From positions 25,622,628-25,686,627 of the forward strand of contig OZ037767.1 of NCBI GenBank assembly GCA_964035545.1: a stretch of DNA of 64,000 bases. The letters run 5' to 3'. This DNA comes from Bugula neritina. Taxonomy: Eukaryota > Animalia > Bryozoa. Each line of letters begins with the position of its first letter. The stretch's first letter is position 1. The notes under the pieces are model-generated. The model searched no databases and was not told the origin of the DNA. It saw only the letters and a list, made by a program, of their open reading frames with translations. Positions 13,200 to 26,122 of this stretch are shown in pieces. A program made the position numbers and the translations under genes.

Positions 13200-14660
13200 G
13201 ACAGTAGTAAAATTACATTATCATTATAATTATCATATTCATTATATAAAGACGCTAGACTTGCTTTTAGTTCTAACTATAAGTATAATATTTTTATAAA
13301 ATAAAATATTACATTTAGTTAAATCATCATATAAGTACAATTTTAATTAATTTCAAGCAGTGAAAAACAACCTCTAAAACATATACACCTCATGAGGTTA
13401 GCTTAAAGTAAAATTTTTTTGATATTTAATAGAAAGAATTACAATATACACTGATATATACACAAAATATACTGATATTCATGTTGATGTCAATATTGTC
13501 ATACCCATTATTATTATAACTGCCAGAATATCAAATCCATCATCAACATCAATATGAAGTATTATACACATTCTAATTATCATTCCAATAGTATAAGTAA
13601 ATGCTGATGGTGAGACTCATACAGTTGTCATTATAATTGAGTACGGGTAGCAATTTTCCCAATCCCTATCAGTATGATTCATCCAATATGTCAATAATGA
13701 ATAATTATAATGCATCATGATCATTCCCGATACCGATACACATTAACAATGATAATCATAATGATACGATATTAATTTTAAATTATTTATCACCAACATC
13801 ATGATGATGACATAAAATAGATTAACTTTGACTTTTAGATTTAAGTTGAATCTTAAGATTTTGATTGACCATTGTCACTTGGTGATAGTATTAGATTATA
13901 AAATTAAATATAAAAATAAATGATGAATAAAAACTAAAATTAAATAATTATAACAAAATAACTATAAGAATCAGAATGACTATCATTACGGAGTTTCCGT
14001 ATCACTTACTCTTACTCCTAATCAGTATCACTATCAGCATTGCTTTCACTATGAATATGACTATCAGTTGGAGTATCACTATGACAGTATCAGTATGACT
14101 ATCACTATCACTATGAGTAATAGTGTCACTGTGAATATGAATATTAATAATATGAATATAAGTATTGAAGCATAACATTAACTACAAGAAATGAGCATCA
14201 GCATATTTATTTTGATGTAGTGCTCATACTGATATTCATACTGGTACTGGTAGGCACTGCCACTGGTAGCCTTTGTAACACAGACACTAATAGTAATACT
14301 AATAGTAATACTAATAATAATAGTACTTTTGTATCGCCTTCACTATCACTATGATAATCAACTCATAAAGTAATACTGGTACTCATAGTCATACTGAGTC
14401 TAACAGTGACTACATTTTGATTTAAATTTAATGATTATCGCTATCACTATCAGATTCAGTCACAGTGTGAGTGTGCCACTGTTAGTCTCACTTTCATTTG
14501 CAACAGCAATCACAACCAGAATGTAATTCAAATTGTATTTGTACCACTATCACTAATACTAATAGTAATAGTAATACTATCACAGTATAACATTAACTAT
14601 CAGTGTCATCATGATCACCGTGATCGGTGATACTGATCATCATGATCTCTGGCCGAGACT
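13200..14660. repeat. Degenerate 3/6-periodic low-complexity tract (ANT-ATN)
   Basis: From 14092: AGT ATG ACT ATC ACT ATC ACT ATG AGT AAT AGT GTC ACT GTG AAT ATG AAT; (ACTAATAGTAAT)n near 14290 and 14555. Confidence 0.8.
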
Positions 14661-14819
14661 TTCATTATTTAAAACTTATATTACAAATATTGTGGGTAAA
14701 CCAGAAAAAGTATCAACAAACAAGATAATAATTGTTGTAGTCACTAGTCATAATAGCTGCAAGTCATTATTTTTTCATTCACACTTAATTTTAAGAGGCT
14801 CTGGGAAATTTGTAAGATT

Positions 14820-15030
14820 AAAAAACGTGCGGTAACATTTTACCATGACATTAGTCAAATTCAAAGCACCAACGTTAGAAACGCGCGGCCTTCCGTTTGC
14901 ACACGAACTAAATGTAGTTTTAGTACTAAGCTCTTGCGACTATTCGTTTGTATTACGGTTGGAATAGTTTCCTCCAACTACAGACACTCCCATCCAATAG
15001 TAGTAAGCTGCGTAAGTCCGACCTTGCTTT
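14820..15030. promoter_or_regulatory. Inferred bidirectional promoter / non-coding first exons of the MORC-like (minus) and Raw-like (plus) genes
   Basis: Local CpG-rich patch (ACGCGCGGCCTTCCGTTT, with ETS-like CTTCCG at 14890) between divergent genes; minus donor ATG/GTAAAA at 14843, plus donors GTAAGC 15003 and GTAAGT 15012. Confidence 0.5.
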
Positions 15031-16224
15031 GCATTCAACTTCAAATTTAGCTAATTTCTCTTCTTTACCTTGTATAAAATACAAGTAATAAAGCTACTTT
15101 TTATTAATAAATCGTATCACCTTACTGGCAACATTTAAGAGATCCCAGAGAAAATATCTGTATTCCAGTGCTATACTGTTGTCTGATAGAAGAATTTCTA
15201 TTGCATATTTATCATTTTAATGTCACATGCTGTGCTTTTCATATTGCAAGTTTGGCTGCGTTTGAAACTCTAAATACAGTGCAACTGCAAACTGTATCTC
15301 CTAGAAATGCTCAAGTAAATAACTTTTAGCTCCATAAGACCACTCCAAAAGAGTATCTTTTCATATCCTTTATATAGATGTACTTTTGCATAAAGTAGGG
15401 TATAGTTGGTATAACAACAAACACTAACATTATATGTCACAAAGCATACTAGGTTATATATTACACATATGCACACACATATTATATATATAATATTAAA
15501 TATATGTATATATAATATCAAATTATTGATTATTCCAATTATGGAAGAGATAAGATTAGTAAACATAATATTCTCTAACGGCAACCTTTTGAAGTTTTTT
15601 TGGAAATAAGATTTCTATCTAGGAGCGATGCCTGTATAAATGGATTAGTGGCACCTTGTCAAAAACTTTTTCAAAGAATTACACACTTTCATTAACTCTT
15701 TTTTTACCATTAAATCATTAAATGGTAGAAAATCATAAAATATTTTACACATATAACTAAATCCATAGGTAATTCATATTGCCTGTTGAAAAGAAGTAAA
15801 CTCAGAGGCTGACTTAGGTAATGTAGGACTATGTGTTTAGCCATTTATTAAACTTTAATTCTAATTAGCCTATTAAATCGCTAATATTGAAACTAGCTTG
15901 AAACTTTATAAGTTAATCTACCTGCAGACTTATAGTTAATAGTCATAGTAAAATTGAATAACTAACTAAATAACCAAAGTACAGCTATTTAATATTTATT
16001 GCTATCATTAGTGCATTTTAATCACTTTTTTTCTGGAAAGGAGTATTAAAAGCTTAACTGTGCCAAATTTTTAACACATAGGTGTTTCCTAGGCTGGCGC
16101 TTTTCCTAATATTGGCTTGAATATCAGGCCAGCGGCTTTCACATATTATACTTCGCTGAATTCCTATGGAAGAGGCAGAGCTGGGTTTCTTAAGTGCATG
16201 CTAATTAAATTCACTACAATGAAT

Positions 16225-16350
16225 CTCTTGTAATTTAGATTTTGATCATCAGATAGGGTAGGGCGAAAACCTTGCTAAAGGTTTTTGCCAAAAATGATTC
16301 AGCGGAGATTAAAACAGAAAACCTCTCAAGTGAAAAGCGTACGCTCTACC
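16225..16350 (-). mobile_element. Degraded tRNA-headed SINE remnant
   Basis: Minus strand CACAGTTGGTAGAGCGTACG (A-box/D-arm-like) followed by a decayed B box; no full cloverleaf. Confidence 0.35.
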
Positions 16351-18388
16351 AACTGTGTCCCTTTCTCACTTCATTGCAATGTTTGTGTATTCTTTTAAAG
16401 CAATCTAAACCCTGTAATGATATTGATATATACTCGTGGTGATTACATTGAAAGCATTTGGTTGATAATCATATACTCATAGTTAGGTACACTCACTGCA
16501 GAACCGATCATGACCATTGATCTATAGAAATAGTTTTGATCTCATACTGTAATTGACAATGTATGAGACAAATATTTAGATTATATTAGTTGCAGTTATA
16601 AAGTTTCTATAATGGTTAAAAGGTTAAAACTATAAAAATAGCGCTTTAATCATTTTGTTGTGTAAAAGTTAAGCTATTAAACACGCTTTTAATCATATTA
16701 TAGTTTTGTTCAGACCAACGCTATAGCTTTTGTAAACAAGTCCTATCCAAAAGTCTAAACATAGTTATATATGACATGTTGAAATTCAGAGTTATAGGCT
16801 ACAACGAAAAAAACTTTCACATATCATGCATCAATAATACTTATATGAATAATGGATTACAATTTCAATAAATTCTTAATTACGTCAGTTGTTTTATAAA
16901 AAACTATGCTGTTGCTGCTACCACATTGAGGTTACTCAATTAAATCAATTACATGCAATGTGGTAAAAGTAGTATTGAAGTTATCTATAGTAAACGAAAG
17001 TATTCATTTGATTTCAAATAATTATTTTTGTAATTTCTCATACCATTGCAAGTTGATTAATTATATTGCTTTAAAACTTTAACAGATATAAATTCATGTA
17101 ATTTGTTTAATCAGATAGGGTTACTTGCAATTCTGGTAAGAAAGGATAGTTATTTATACAGTTTTTCATCATTATTTCATAATAATATTGTGTTATTGTA
17201 GATATTTTGAATAATAAATAAAAACATGAATTTCTAAACAAATAGATACTGTATTTGTGTTTGCTATGTTCTTTGAGAGCTCACTACCAGCCTAACAGGT
17301 ATAATGGGTACCTGTTATCTACTGCCATCATAATATGCCAGAGCACTTACAGCTGTTACTAATTGGTATATTTATAATATAGGCAGGTCATTAAATAGAA
17401 TAGTTGAATCAGGGTATCTATACACTAGCACTCTATATATCCCTTTAGTGCTACTTTTACACTTACTTTAGTGCAAATTTATACTTCTTTACATTTACAT
17501 GCACGTGTGTCTATAAGTTCAGCAGCACCTAAATTATTTGAGCTTTTTTCCTTTAATATAGTTATTTAGTTGTGTCTTAACAAAATATCTACAAACCATT
17601 GAAACCGTTGCACTTTTCAACCTTGTCACATCCTATCATTTTTGTACCACATGTTTCATAAAATACCATGATGTGTGTGCAAGTATATTGTATGGTATGC
17701 AGTGTTTGTATAACTAGGCTATAATTAATAATTTGGCAGAGATTTGATGGCTTGGCAACTGCAGTGGCATACAGTGGGTGTAGGTTATTGATGGGACTTA
17801 CCCTTTTCATGTTTTATCGCTAAGTTCCACTGCCTAGATAGTGGTAATGTGGCTTGATGGGAAGTCATGAATGTACTTCCAAAGGGTTAATATGCATCAC
17901 TCTGCTGTACTTCCACTCATAGTGTGAGGTCTAGAGCAAAGAAAGCAAGGAAGTTCAATGGTGGCTGGGTAGTTGTTCTACAGGTCACTGGTCACCTATA
18001 TGCATGCTAAAGTCATCTCCTCAATACAGTCTTATGCCAATGTCATATACCGATAGGTACTATCAAGTTACTATTGGTTTGTTATATAATTTATTGTGAG
18101 ATAAAATATTAGGATAAGCTTGATTACATTGTCAATTGTATACATGCATTAACTGCTTATTCTGTTGGATTGAATCACTCCGAGATCAATTGCAACAATG
18201 AAGGCCTTGCAACTTACTGCAAACACTAAAGTGAGTGTGTTGCAATAGTTGATATGATTCTACACCACTATAAAAATATTGGCAAATAGCGGCTAATGCC
18301 AAAGAGTAATGTAGTGCGGGTAAGGTCACTTTTAATACTCGAGCAGAGATTTAAAAGCCCTCTAAACTTTTGCCCGGTATTGTTGGAC

Positions 18389-21300
18389 ATGGAAATGATT
18401 GGGGCATACGTGTACATGATTTTATATACAAGTCTGGTGTTGGCTGGAGCAGGAATTCTGTTTGCTGTAAGGAAGGTGATACAACTGTCAACAGCACTCT
18501 CTGACAGCCCTCTCCTACCTAGGAGGCACTCCGGAAAACTGCTGAAGAAGTTACTGGTAAAACTACCCTCAAAAAATAAAGTAAGATTTCTCGGTGTGCT
18601 ATTTTAATTTTGCTTGTTGCAATAGCATTAACTTTCGTGACTAAATATTGAGTTTCTCTAGATGAAAAGTTATATTTTTAGCATGAATGATTTTTCTTAC
18701 TTTTTGCAAGTCTATATTTGGAAGTAACGTGAACTTAGTATGAAATAAACCAAGCCTTATAAAATTTTGTATATTGAAAAACTATCTACTTTGAGATCAG
18801 AAATCTTGGCTTTTCATATAAAATTATTTTATGAAATATTCTTTTTCATTTCAAGAAGCTGAATATATTTTAGATTCATTATTGTAATTAGTAATTGAAA
18901 AAGGTGGACTTCATGCAGTCAGTTTGCTGAAAGAACCCTAAAAATTAGCTTTTGCCTGCTTCAGTTTTTCTACTACTTGCTCTTGTAATTTATCTGAGCA
19001 ACTTCTGTAATATCTAGAACAACCTTTTTGCCATTATCGCATTTGCCTGCGAATGTATTGCTCCCATAAACATGTTGCGAGTGCGCCTACATAGTAATGT
19101 CCCTATTCAGCCTCCGTATTGGCTCAGCAAAAATTGCTTTGGCCAGATCGATTTATAATTATGGGCGGAGTTTGGGTGGGCGGGACTTAGCTTTGGCTAT
19201 ACATTATTATGTCTGGCCGTAGTGGTTTGAGTTTACAAGCAAAAATGTGCTAGGCTTGAGTGGATGTGCTAAGAACTGGGTGTATACAAAGCCGATAGTT
19301 AATTCATAAATTTAACATATTGAGAAGCTATTACAGCTACTTAGGTGAAGTGAACTAGGTGGATACTACCTATAACATAAGAGTTCAACTACATTTTTAC
19401 TTGTACAGAGGAAACCCACCATCAGACTAATGAAAATCTCAGATAACACACTCCAGGGCAAGAAAATGGAGGACAGAACACTTTATCAAAAATATGATGG
19501 TAAGTAGATGGAAATATTAATAGTTGCTAGTAGTCAGAATTCGCAAAGTTTATAACGTCAAATGCAATAACAGCAATAATGCAATAGCTGCTATTTCGTT
19601 ACAGTTTAATTTGGTAGAGCTTTTAGTGTTAGTAACTATCACAATCACAGCTTCAGTACGAAAAAGTCAAATGTAAATGAAGCCATGTTAACACCTAATA
19701 AAACTGAACATCATGATCATGTTTATATGTTTCAATAGACTTACAGTTTCTGCCTGGCTAAATCTATCAAATAATGTGAAATACTACTGGTAAATTTTTT
19801 TGAACTAGTTGAAGTTGAAATAAAAATTTTAAATGTTGGTTACTTACTAATGGTGTATTATTAGCTTGCAGTAATTCCACTCTTTGGTCACTAGTGTTTT
19901 AAAAACTAATTAGTAATATTACACCACTTTGCAATCACAGTTACATCATTTTCATTTTCCATAAAACCTATACAACTGCCTTTTGTAGTAAATTGCGCAA
20001 TAACAATAGTAGTCAGTTATGGAAAATTAAAACTTATATAGTGGACTGTAGTATTGCGCAATATTTGTGTTAGTAACTCCATCGGAAAAACCCCACAATC
20101 ATGGAATATTAACAGTTACTGCCTTTTTAAGCTCAACAACTAAGTTATTACCAATAAGCTATAAATAGTACATGATGCATCTAGATTATGGAGCAGAGAA
20201 ATATTCCAGGTTGCGACATTTATAAAGCATTAATTTTCAGTTTTCATATAGGATAGTGAGTAATCATTAAGACTAAAGAGACATTAATCCCCAACTGTAA
20301 ACATAAAGCATAGTCACTAATCAATAATGCAATAGTCAGTAACAAACTGTGACTCAATCGCTGGTAATTTGTACTCTGCTAACCATGCAATTCACACTTG
20401 ATTCACTACACTCAGTCAAATCCTTGTGCAGCTGGTCACCAGAGGGCACTTGGTAATGTGGTGATAATGAGGGCAACAGTTACATAATCAGCTAAAATAC
20501 AAGTATCTATTATGTCTCTACAATGTTATGGGAACCAATTTGTTACATACAATTATATTCTCATTGAATGTCTTTTCACATACTTGAGGTATTTGGTGGG
20601 AAATATTTTTTCTTGCACTTAGGCTGTGGCACACATTGTTGAGTCTACAATCACACTGTTGTGTTCTTGATGGTATGTTTACGCAAGACCACCAGTTTCA
20701 ATGGAATAGTGTCTTCTAGAACAGTAGCTATTTATAGTCTATTTTCTCACCTGTTAGTTGATGAAAGGTCCTGTTATAGTTGTTAGAATTGCAGTAAATA
20801 AATACGTCCAGAATCTAAATTCTAATGAAAATAGGAACACAAACTTACTACCTTTCCTAAATTAATATTGGCTAACTTCCAAGATATAGATTAATGGGTT
20901 TGACTTGACTTGAATAAAAAGTTTAAGAACTATAATAGAGCATTTTGAGTAAATAATCTAAGCTAATAAACTGCTTTGTATAAGTCTAATTGTTTGAGAT
21001 TATGATTCTTAGGATATTGATATCTTATAGGTAGGCTTTAGAATTTGCTTTATCATCACATCTGATAAGGCAGAGTATTGAGAGGTGATTGCTATGATTC
21101 ACATTGACTGTGGGAAAACTCAGCAGGCTGGCTGTCCTTTAGAGATATATATTTATAGACTAATACCAATACTAAACCTCAACATTTACTCTGTTAGATC
21201 CCCTACATCTAGAGGTTAAAAAAACACTAAAACTAAGGGTGAACATTTTTCAGCCCTTAGAGTAAAAAGGTTCAGTGACCAGCCCTTTCTTGGTTGACCC

Positions 21301-24300
21301 AGTTGAATGACCCAAGAGACTATGTGTTACTAATCATATGGATAAAATAATTAAATGTACGTTGAACTTGCAACAGGTGAAGCTGAAGAAACCACAAGGT
21401 CAAGCAAATTGTCTTCAAGAATTCACAGCTAAATAAACTAGTAAACTATTTGGTTAGTGAGGGAAAGCCTGTGGCTCCCTTGCCACTTTTACCAGTAGCC
21501 AAATCATGTAGAATCAGAGGCGCAAATCTTTCAAACTGACTTATTTACTTGCTAGTTGCTACTACCTCATGTGATTCACCCTGACTGAAAGAAACTATTG
21601 ATCCAGTAATGTAATTACACGAGTTACGTCATGCCCTGCTCTAGTACTAATTATTGATGTTTTATAACATTGCCATATTATTCAAGGCATCGTATGTTGC
21701 TGTTTTAGTGTTTCTCGGAGGTTCTTGTGGCGGAAGAAAGTCACCGACGACGTGGAGAAAGGATGTAGCTATTCCGTTATTGACGGAGAACGAGATTACA
21801 TTCTTTAATCCTGTAAGAACTACTCACTCAACTTACAGTCCTTTTAATATACATGATCAGCTGCAGACTGTGTGACTGCACTTACTTATTCCCTTGACTT
21901 GATGTTTCTAGTCCAGATACACTTTCATTATTTAGTCAAAATCAGGAAGTGAGAAGTTAGACTGTGGTTATTAGGTGTTAGTAGGTGTTGATGTCTAAAT
22001 GAATGCCATATGTATATAAATTTCCTGATTGTAGCAAGTTGATACTTGGACACACGATTTAATATACAAAGAAAATAAAGCAAAAGAGAACTCTGATTGG
22101 TTATTATTCATGTTGGAAACAAATACGAGGGGCATAGTTTCACTTGTGGAAGTGGCCTATCTAGTCGGTGAGTGTCACAGAGTTCAACTTTCTGGTCATT
22201 GAGTCATAGTTCACATTTACAGTTCAATTTACCAATATTGATTTATTGTTTGTGTTTATTGTTCGTGTTTATTGTTTGTGGACTGAAGTAAATAAACTAT
22301 TGTGCGTATATTTCAGGCAGTGGAAGATCAGTATTATTTATCTTGCAAAAAGAACGTGAAGAGGGGAAAATATGCATTAAAGAAGATGAAGTATCTAAAT
22401 TGTAAGTCAGATTGAATTCCTAAGTCTTGCTTCAGAATGATTACGACTTGAACATGCTATAAGTGGCAGCAATAACAGTTACTGTGTAATAGTAAATCAG
22501 CTATACAGCAGCTAATATAAATAGAATTCTATTAATTCAAGTTAGTAATTAGTTTACATAAAGCTGTGAGTATAGGTTTGGAGGTATTGCACATCGTCGA
22601 TGGTCATTTCCTAGATTATGTGGTGCAAGAGCTAATAATAACGTGAATAGAGTGTGAGCAAGTGAATGCTGCATTGGAACAACCTACACGTTAATAGTTA
22701 CTAACTTTGCAATGCTTCTTGTTTATATGCAATTATTGATTTTATTTATGGTGTTACAGAGAAAGAGATGATATTGTAACAGCACAGCAAACTCTCAATA
22801 CTCTCATTCGACAGCACGATACCTGTCAATACTTCAGCGTACTAGAAAAGGGTCTCAATCACTTAATTGATGGACTAAAATCGGTAAGCTATACCTGCCT
22901 AAGCTCGATATTACATGCGCACAGTGTGTGAAACTAGCCTGTGTGTTTTGCCAATATTCCAGTGTTTGCTGAACAAACCGCTCAAGTGTACAGAGTAATC
23001 ACTTCTAGTTGATCCTTATCTATAAAATGTGGAATTGGCTTAATAAGTGACCAGTTACTAAAAATACTCCACACTCTTATCTCACACACTAAAGCTAAGT
23101 TCCTAGGCCTGATATTCAACAGGGTTATAACATTATCTTCATAGCCTCAGTTTTTATGAGAAAATAATAGTTGAAGGGTTTCTCATGCCCTCCAAGTTAC
23201 ACACATACCTCAGTCTGTATCCAGGCATACCTTCTATTCCATGACATATTTGAATGAGTATGTTAGGATAAGAAACATGAGACCATACTCTGCAAGTGTA
23301 CACAGTACAACCTATGTACACAGGGCACATACTGACAAGAATAAATAAATCTAATTTATCTAAATTGACTCTTGCACAACCCTGCATAATCATAATACAT
23401 TACTGGCTGAGAAGGCACTTGAAATCCAGCGTATCACTTAACAACCCAGAATGCTAATGTCTAAAACCTGTCACTGGAAAAATTATAAATTAAAATTAAA
23501 TTGTTGATGATAGGTCCTTTGAGAGGGCTTAAATTAATTGATTTATCTGTAGAAGGCTCCGCCAATAATTTGCTGTGGTAAAACAAGCCGTCTACTCGCT
23601 ATCATGTTTCTTTCTGCTAGAATTCAATGGCACAGCAGTTTCATTCATAAAGTTGACTTGATGAGTGCAGATGTAGTGCAGGGTTACTTCCTAGGAACAC
23701 CATTTGTTTATAATAATTAAAACCTTGCTATGTTCAGTGGTTTCACTGTCTGCAAGTTTAGACTCTGTTTTAAATATTTACAAATCATTTTTCTCATGAA
23801 AGGCACATTGGAGTACAGTATGATAAGTTTATTTGACAGATAGTCCTAGTATATAGAGTGTAAACAAAAAACTTAATTTTATTGCTATGCAATCTATTCC
23901 AAAGTGCAGTATTAACCTACTAAACTGAATTTGTATATATGGTTATCTCACCTATTAAATTAAAAACACAGCATGTTCGGTACTACCTTAATTGTAACCT
24001 TCTATAGTGCCTATACTGTGTGATTAAGAATTCATTATTCACTTTTCTTGTTTTTAGAACACGACATCCGTGTTACAGAGTAATGGAAGTAATTCATATA
24101 GTGGGAAAGGAGAACGAAAGCCTGTTAATGATTTCATCCATAAACTTAGTTCCATGTTCAACAGAACTCATAAACATACAGGTAAAGGTGTAATAAATGC
24201 TGACATTCTTGTTTTAATATGATTGCTGGCCCTCCATGTAATGAATATTATTTCCCTTGTATTATACTATGCTTTTATGGAGTGTATTACCAGTGGGTGA

Positions 24301-26122
24301 ATTGTGTGTGATGTTGCAGATGAGAATGGAAAGAAAAAACGTCCACAGAACTTGCGTATCACTCCATACCCGAGGTTTACCATTGGAGTTATAGCCCCTG
24401 ATAACCTCTGTAATATGCAGCAAAGACTGGATTCCTTACGGTAATTATTCTTGTCTCTTGGGTGCTCTTTCCAGTAGCTTCTAGCGGTTAATTCTATAAA
24501 TAACAGCGTTGCATCACATTCTATTCTTTGAAGTTAGGAAAGTGTCAAACGGCTGCATAGCTTATACTGTGTGATTCAGTGGTCTCTGCTAAGCCAATCC
24601 ACAAGCGTTTTTTGTCAAGTAAAAATTCTATAAAAATGATAAATGTTGATCTAAATGGACAGAAATGACTTTGATTTTTGACAAATTATCTTAAACTAGA
24701 AGACTTTGCCTTTAATAGTAATTCCAGTAGACTCATCAAACATCTGCTCATGTTATGACAATGTCTGGCTTCAAAGAGAATATGCTGTTAGGTATTTCTG
24801 TAAGCGATGTTTTACATGCTCGTCAGCAATGTTTATCGTTTTAATGAGTGGTGAAATGTTTTCATCATTCTTGTATGTTAAGCTAAACTATTAATCTAGT
24901 CTTTCATTATCTTGTGTTGGTTTCGTAAATGTCATCTATATATTCCTAATGTAAGCAAATGGAATTGTGTTAGCTGCCGGTAAACACCTATCAGTGTTCC
25001 TTTTTGGCTGCATGATTTTCATGAAAGCCATCATTCAACACATAGTTTCTGAGTTGTATTCTATTTTTTGCCTTTTTTTGTTGCAGGATTAACAAAGACA
25101 GTGTTTACATTGCTCAGGGAACAGGGTCCACAGTCATTGATCAACTTATGCAATGTTCTATTGTACTGGTTGTCATCCCCTCTACTGCTTTGGCTTGTGC
25201 CACCATGTGCAAGGTAGGCACGATTACACTATGTCTCCAACTGTGTACTTTGTTCAAGATTTAAGGCTACGTATCACTTAGGTAACCATGTCTGGCGCCT
25301 TGCTGTAGAAAGATGAGTGCCACTGACTTCATTTGTGGAACTAAGAAATCCGGTTCCATATTTAATGTCTGTCTATTTATGAAATTTCCTTCATGTCTGC
25401 TAAATGATGTAACATGTTTATGGATTTACAAGATATTTAAAAGAATTTATGTTTAGACAGTATAGTAGTTAGTAGCTAGACCTACGCTAGAGGTCTCTAT
25501 GCTGTACAGCTTTTGTCTTCATTTTGAATGTATATTTGTGCTGACACAATTTTTTATAATGTTTTAGGCAGCATATTTGTTGAGTAGACATCCCAGAATG
25601 ATGATGTGCATTCAAGATTTAGTTTCGTCTACAGTGGATAATGGAAACACTGTAAGTAGTCTAAGTTGGATCATAATCATATTTCTTTGATGTTGAATAA
25701 TGTTGAAATTAGTCTGACATCGCTCTGAAGTACAAGTGTATTAGTTATAAACTTACAGACTACTATGTGTTCATCTTAACTGATTTACAGTCTCCAACTA
25801 TCAGCCACCACTTGCAGTAAAGTATCTTTATAACTGTGAAATCATTTACTCATTTACGTTCCTTTTAATGAGAAATAATATTGTGTTGAAATCAGTTTTT
25901 GTAGGCACATCAGCATTAACTTATTTATGTGTTGTTTTGTTGTAGACATTAACGTCATCAGCTGTTGATGATTTCAATAGAGCAAGAGCCTACCTCAGAG
26001 ATATGGCCAATACTCATCAGATACCAGTGCATACTTCTGTAGATGATCTGTTCAACTCAACTTCTCTAGTAACGCAGAAAACTAAATCACGGCACTGCTC
26101 ACTTATATCCGGCCTAAACTAA
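18389..26122 (+). CDS. raw: Raw/OLRN-1-like protein: N-terminal hydrophobic segment plus two nucleoside 2-deoxyribosyltransferase-like repeats, 453 aa
   Basis: 11 phase-consistent GT-AG exons: 18389-18580, 19409-19499, 21709-21812, 22035-22167, 22317-22401, 22760-22883, 24058-24181, 24320-24440, 25087-25213, 25568-25651, 25946-26122. Signature YDVFLGGSC..PTTWRKDVAIPLL..ITFFNPQVDTWTHDLI..E.KAKE..ETNTRGIVSLVEVAYLVG and C-terminal DDFNRARAYLRDMANTHQIPV match recalled Drosophila Raw repeats (VFLGGSCNPTTWR; DYNRGRSYLIDLA). An in-frame ATG at 18296 is an alternative start. Confidence 0.85.
22241..22281. repeat. 13-bp tandem repeat x3 (TTTATTGTTTGTG)
   Basis: Seen directly in intron 4 of the Raw-like gene. 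Confidence 0.7.

Noticed and set aside
13200-14660. Hexamer tracts as coding sequence for Ile/Thr/Ser/Asn-rich proteins
   Set aside because: The triplet register shifts often, stops are frequent, and no long ORF or splice-consistent exon spans them.
19020-19260. GC-box-rich patch (GGGCGGAG, GGGCGGGA) as an internal promoter
   Set aside because: Lies in intron 1 of the Raw-like CDS; similar TGGGCGG words at ~10075, ~31405 and ~34200 suggest repeat remnants, and nothing else supports a TSS.
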